A stretch of 64,000 bases of DNA, taken from the NCBI GenBank assembly GCA_964188305.1, contig OZ076899.1, one strand, 5' to 3'. This document shows, one piece after another, positions 42,877 to 64,000 of the stretch (the first letter of the stretch is position 1; every line of letters begins with the position of its first letter). The notes under the pieces are model-generated. The model saw only the letters and a program-made list of their open reading frames with translations. It was not told the origin of the DNA and searched no databases. Origin of the DNA: Podarcis bocagei. Taxonomy: Eukaryota. The translations under genes and the position numbers were made by a program.

Positions 42877-43331
42877 TTGGAACGTGTCCAGAGGAGGGCA
42901 ACCAAAATGGTCAAAGGCGTGGAAACGATGCCTTATGAGGAACGGCTAAGGGAGCTGGGCATGTTTAGCCTGGAGAAGAGGAGGTTAAGGGGTGATATGA
43001 TAGCCATGTTCAAATATATAGAAGGATGTCACATAGAGGAGGGAGAAAGGTTGTTTTCTGCTGCTCCAGAGAAGTGGACACGGAGCAATGGATCCAAACT
43101 ACAAGAAAGAAGATTCCACCTAAACATTAGGAAGAACTTCCTGACAGTAAGAGCTGTTTGACAGTGGAATTTGCTGCCAAGGAGTGTGGTGGAGTCTCCT
43201 ACTTTGGAGGTCTTTAAGCAGAAGCTTGACTACCGTATGTCAGGAGTGTTCTGATGGTGTTTCCTGCTTGGCAGGGGGTTGGACTCGATGGCCCTTGTGG
43301 TCTCTTCCAACTCTAGGATTCTATGATTCTA
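42877..43331 (+). mobile_element. CR1 LINE 3' fragment
   Basis: LERVQRRATKMVKG..YEERLRELGMFSLEKRRLRGDMI (CR1 ORF2 C-terminus), one in-frame TGA, ends in (ATTCTRTG)-type repeats. Confidence 0.9.
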
Positions 43332-43752
43332 ACAACCCTGTGAGGTAGGCTAGGCGAAGAACCAGTGACTGGCCTGAGGTCACCCAGTGAGTTCCACAGC
43401 TGAGCAAGGGGTTTGCCAAGTCCGAGCAGAGCCAGGGCCTGAGGTGTTGGTGCTGAGCAAGGCAATGTGGGTGGAGCAGGCCAGCTGGAAGTACTTTTAT
43501 GAGTCAAACCAAAAGAAGTACCTTTATGAATCAAACGAGGCTTGCAGTTTGGAAGTGACCGGAGGAGAGTGAGAAGGGATTTGGAAAGGACTGGTAGTCT
43601 TTACCTCCCCAGGTAAAGAGAGAAGGAAGTGATGGAGAGAGATCCAGGTGACAGCTGGGAGGGAAGGGTCCCACAGATGAAAGGTGTAGCAACCATCCAG
43701 TGCTTGCAATTGTGGTGAGCCTCTAGAATGCTTTTCCACAATATTCTCAGTA

Positions 43753-44152
43753 CGTTTCCGAGCACAATTCAAAGTGTTGGTGCGGATCTTTAAAGCCCTA
43801 AACGGCCTCGGTCCAGTATATCTGAAGGAGCGTCTCCACCCTCATCGTTCTACCCGGACACAGGTCCACCGCCGAGGGCCTTCTGGCAGTTTCCTCGCTG
43901 CAAGAAGCCAAGTTACAGGGAACCAGGCAGAGGGCCTTCTCAGTAGTGGCGCCCTCCCTGTGGAACGCCCTCCCACCAGATGTCAAAGAGAACAACTACC
44001 AGACTTTTAGAAGACATCTGAAGGCAGCCCTGTTTAGGGAAGCTTTTAATGTTTGATGTATTATAGTATTTTAATATTTTTTGGGAAGCCGCCCAGAGTG
44101 GCTGGGGAAGCCCAGCCAGATGGGCGGGGTATAAATAATAATAATAATAATA
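43753..44152 (+). mobile_element. L2-clade LINE 3' fragment
   Basis: FKALNGLGPVYLKERL...RAFSVVAPSLWNALP motif, 3'UTR and (TAA)n tail. Confidence 0.8.
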
Positions 44153-45204
44153 TAATTCTCTTTCTCTCATACACATATTTTATATACTACCATTTGTTTC
44201 TGTGTTGAGTATTAGTTTGATCCTAAACCTATGCTTTCCCCACTTCTGTAACCTATTATATGTTGGTAAACCGAATTGCCATACTTAAAAAAAGAAAAGA
44301 AAAAAAGACCAGGAATAATATAGTACATTCAACTTGTTTGATTCAAAAGCCCTACATTTTCTGGATAAAAGGGGCAAGCTTGAACAACAGCAGGAGACAG
44401 ACTGCAAAGTCTAGGTGCATTTATCTGGGAGTCCAACTAATGCAAAAACCTGCATCCTAATAAAGGTGATTTTAAACTCATTTCTCCCCCAACAGCTTCC
44501 AACACTCCTCTGAATAACTCACTGAAGTTTCAAATATAGTGAAGGCTGAAGATGAAAAGGGGCAGGTTCTGATGTTCCCATTTGGAGGGGGGGAGCAGCA
44601 GAGAGAAGCAAATTTTGTGTGGTTAGGAATTCCTAAGTCCAATGAATCAATGTGAACTATCACAATAACGTCCAATTAGATTCTGCAGGATGTTGCAGTT
44701 GTTAATTCTCTGTGCATCCCCTTGAAGAGCTCATGCTCGAAATGCATCAAAGTATATATTAGAAATGTCTCATTACACACAGAACCAACCTACTAAAATA
44801 TATTCCCTGCCTGCTTCAGTCAAAGCAAACCATGGGAAGCCCCTGCTTTGGTATGCACTTCATTTTTTCCACTTTGTGCTGTCAGTGATTTGCTGCCGAT
44901 ACATTGTGCCCTCCAGATGTTGTTGCACAATGGTTGCTTAAATGTGCAACCATAACTTTTGCTTTAGACACATTTGTGTGGATTATATGCATGACAGGCA
45001 ACTAGCTGCAGCTTTCACCATACTCCTTGTGCTGATTCCCCTCTGTGAAAGAGGTGGTAACCTTTCCCACAATTGCAGAGGTTACACATGCTTGGTACCA
45101 TGATCACTGCACACTGCAAGTTAGAGATCTAGAACTTTGAATGTTACTGCAGTAAAGAAAAGAATGCCACACAGGGAATGAAGAATACAAATAGATTTTT
45201 GAGC

Positions 45205-45210
45205 TTTATT
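45205..45210 (-). terminator. SMG1: Candidate SMG1 poly(A) signal AATAAA (3'UTR about 2.3 kb)
   Basis: AATAAA followed by a U/GU-rich tract at the end of a repeat-free AU-rich stretch; further AATAAA at 46395-46400 and about 47004-47013. Confidence 0.5.
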
Positions 45211-47525
45211 ACATTATGCAGTAAAGACCCCTGTCTCCATACACATTTCTGGATAGTGTGGTATAATAATACATGAATCACAAGCGCAGCAGCCTGCCCT
45301 GACCCCTGGTTCCCAAAGGAAAGAAAAACATGTTACCATCTTATCCCACTCGTATTTGGATACAGACTGCTCATTAAGGATGTTTCGTACAAGGAAAATA
45401 AAGGTACACTCACCAAATGCTTGGATTTTGCCTTAACTGAATTTTACTGAAAAGCAAACCTCTCACTCTTGCAATGCTAAGAGCGAAGTTCCAGAGTACT
45501 GAGTTGGAATGCATTTACTCACAAGCATTAGTAAATATGTAGGCAGTGCACATGACATGTCATGGGCAGGTAATTAAAAGGAGATAGCTAGCGCCTATGT
45601 GGAAGACTGATACCAGTATCAAGTCACTTCTGTATCAGATATTCTGAGGAAGTCAAAACAATTTTTCCACATTATAAAAACGCTGGAATAATTAGCTTCT
45701 TCTTGTGCTGGACCTTAATATATATTTGATAGCAACTCTTCAAAACAAAGGCCAAAGCTCAAACTCCGATAAATAGGCTGCATCAATTAAAAAAATTAAC
45801 TGTTGGAAAGGTTTTTAAAATCCTTAAGAGACTACAGAGGAAGTGATGGGAACATTTGATTTGTCCTCATTTAACGGCTTTCAAAGCAAATTAAATAAGT
45901 TCACATAGCCCCACAAGTTCAATTTGGAAGTTTAGATTCAAGTGGTGCCTATCAAAACATGACACCGATTAGTGATAACTAAGTTAAGAAGCAGTCTGTT
46001 CTTTCCTAAAGCAAAGTTAAAACAAGCTCCTAAGGTAATGATTTTAGTGAGCAGGCAAGTAAAACACTGAGGACATATGGAAACAGACTGATTTAAAGTG
46101 CCGTTTTAATAGCAACTTTTGTCACACCCATAGTTCAAAAGTGCAAGGTAGGTTTAGGAAAACTTGCTGAGAAATTCACAACTGAACACCACCTATTGGA
46201 AGTCATATGGAAATGTAACTTCACACAGATCTTTATACAATTTCGCTTGAACAAAAAAAGATAGTCCACTTTAGCTTTGTATTTATGTCTATCTTTAAAT
46301 TCCCAGATTGAACTGAAACACTATACATTTACAAGTGTAAATCAAAATTTGAAATGAATCAAACAGCATAAAACTACCTCCACTAGAACTTGACTTTATT
46401 GATTTTCTGTCATCAACAATGTAAAAGAGTCTACTTAGATATTCTAATCATTTTTAAGGTAAAGATTACATTGGAGTACCTACGTTTACAAAAGAAACTA
46501 CAGCAAAATCACAATAGAATGTGTTTTGGAGGAAAAGGTTTGAACTACAAAAAGGAGTGTACACTGCAAGCAGAGGGAGGTGCACATGAAAACCAAATGC
46601 CTGTTAGATTCATTACTTTGAAATGCACAGTGAATTTGGGGAAACTGTACATGATAGAATCACAAAAAATCACTTTAAAAGAACCAAAACTCCAACCATT
46701 TGCGTTTGATCATCCAACACAAAAGATTTGCTTAAATGTTCAGCGTTCCCTGTGCTTTTGGAAAATTTGGTTTGCAAAAAACAAAGAAGAAATGATTAAT
46801 TTGACTGAACAGTGAAATTACAAGGATTGAAATAAAAACATATTAGAAATACATCTAAAGAACAAGAATAAACCAGAAGTGGGAAAGAACTTAAAAAAAA
46901 AAAGACACAAAGGCTCTCTCTTCTCAAAGAGGTTCTTCCAACACAGCTGACATGCAGCTCTTTGCATTTTCAGTCCATTTCTGAAGTTCATTCTCATGTA
47001 GCATTTATTTATTCATTTTTTGCACAAACTGGTCAACTCAACCAGCACTGTTGCCAAGCAACAAGAGCGACTCAAGAAACTCAATCTCTCAAATCTTCCT
47101 TTGCTGCGATTTCTTCACGGCCCCCTTTTTTCGGTTTCGGTTTCTCCTGGATTGTTCACAGGGTCAGGTGGAACTGGGTTCCAAATCACTCTGCGGTATG
47201 TAGCATTCCCAATTTCCTTTCTGCAGCTATGTTTCCCCCCGACACGATTGCAGTTCTTCTGTAGCAGAAAGACAGCCGTGTTGTTCAGGCGGTGAGCTTT
47301 CACCCTTGACCCTGGGGGTTCCAGGCCATTGTGTTTAGCGTATCCCTGAGTGCAGCTACTCTGCAGGACTCACTTCCCAGTGCACCGAGATTGCCTAGGT
47401 TTCCTCACATTAAGCCCCAGAAAGGCATCACCACCGACTGTGGTGCTGCTATGGATGCCTGAGGCCGAGTTGATTCTGCTGGATGTCTGACCTCGCTGAA
47501 CCAGACTGACCTGCTATCTTCCTGT

Positions 47526-63323
<15,798 letters not shown>

Positions 63324-64000
63324 TTACTTACTTATGAATAACACTTGCTACCACTTTTCACTACCAGTATCACAAGTGGAGTGAAACTGATATTGTTATC
63401 ACTAAATTAGACTGAATATTAAACAAATAAAAAGGTGAACAAGTCACACATTTTAAAACTTCAGAGCAAAATTAATGTTTGAATGACAGCATGGCAAAAA
63501 CTGGGTCTCCAACATGCTGTTCATGGTCACCACAGCATCTTCAAACAACCACCTAACCACCCATCAGGGCCTCCCGCTTCCATTTAATTTTAAAACTGAG
63601 GTTTTATTGGGGAGGTTGCCTACTTTGATTTGCCGATTTTCTTGTCTGTTATGTTTTGATGGCATGTTTTGCCTGTTTTTGTTTGTTTTCAGGGTTCTGA
63701 CTATCATCAGTCTTTCCTTTGGTGAAATGTGCATTTTGTATTATCAATCAGTTTCTCAGATTACCAAAAATTCCCCTGGACTAGGACTGCCACATGTCTG
63801 GATTTTCCCAGACATTACTGGGATTTCAAAGGCGAAATTGACTTCCGGGGGGAATTTCCAGGAGGCAGCGCTTTGTCCTGGATCTTAGGCAAGTCAATCG
63901 AAAAATCACATTTTTGTAAGAAAATTTTAAAAAAAACAACCCTCATGTTGTGAGTGTATGTATTTCTAAAGTTACAGCATAAATAGATTCACTAAGATGG

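Noticed and set aside
44718-44750. Hammerhead-like TTGAAGAGCTCATGCTCGAAATGCATC (also CTGATGAGCTC at about 4553)
   Set aside because: Core mismatch and no stem I or stem II pairing; the 4553 site has no downstream GAAA core.

Overview
Vertebrate genomic DNA, most likely a lacertid lizard (inferred from a Sauria/POM-type SINE and the L2/CR1/hAT/Tc1-mariner repeat landscape). Three tandem minus-strand protein-coding genes were assembled by hand from GT-AG boundaries and frame continuity: the last 18 coding exons of SMG1 (63305-47526; 1189 aa, C-terminal insertion region plus FATC; the 5' part lies beyond the window), complete ARL6IP1 (6 exons, 42236-35686, 203 aa) and complete RPS15A (non-coding 5'TOP exon plus 4 coding exons, about 29128-22248, 130 aa). 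This is the gene order known from other amniotes. Positions 1-22 kb have no recognisable gene, only old repeats and a few repeat-free, enhancer-like blocks. There are two N gaps. Main second-look items: (i) exon phases allow in-frame read-through fusions SMG1>ARL6IP1 and ARL6IP1>RPS15A; (ii) a second promoter-like module upstream of RPS15A with no gene assigned; (iii) a four-layer transposon stack ending in a young L1 with no poly(A) tail; (iv) a frameshifting tandem 5' splice site in ARL6IP1; (v) MITEs carrying ZNF143/THAP11 and CTCF motifs. I found no convincing evidence of a wholly new gene system; these items are testable hypotheses.
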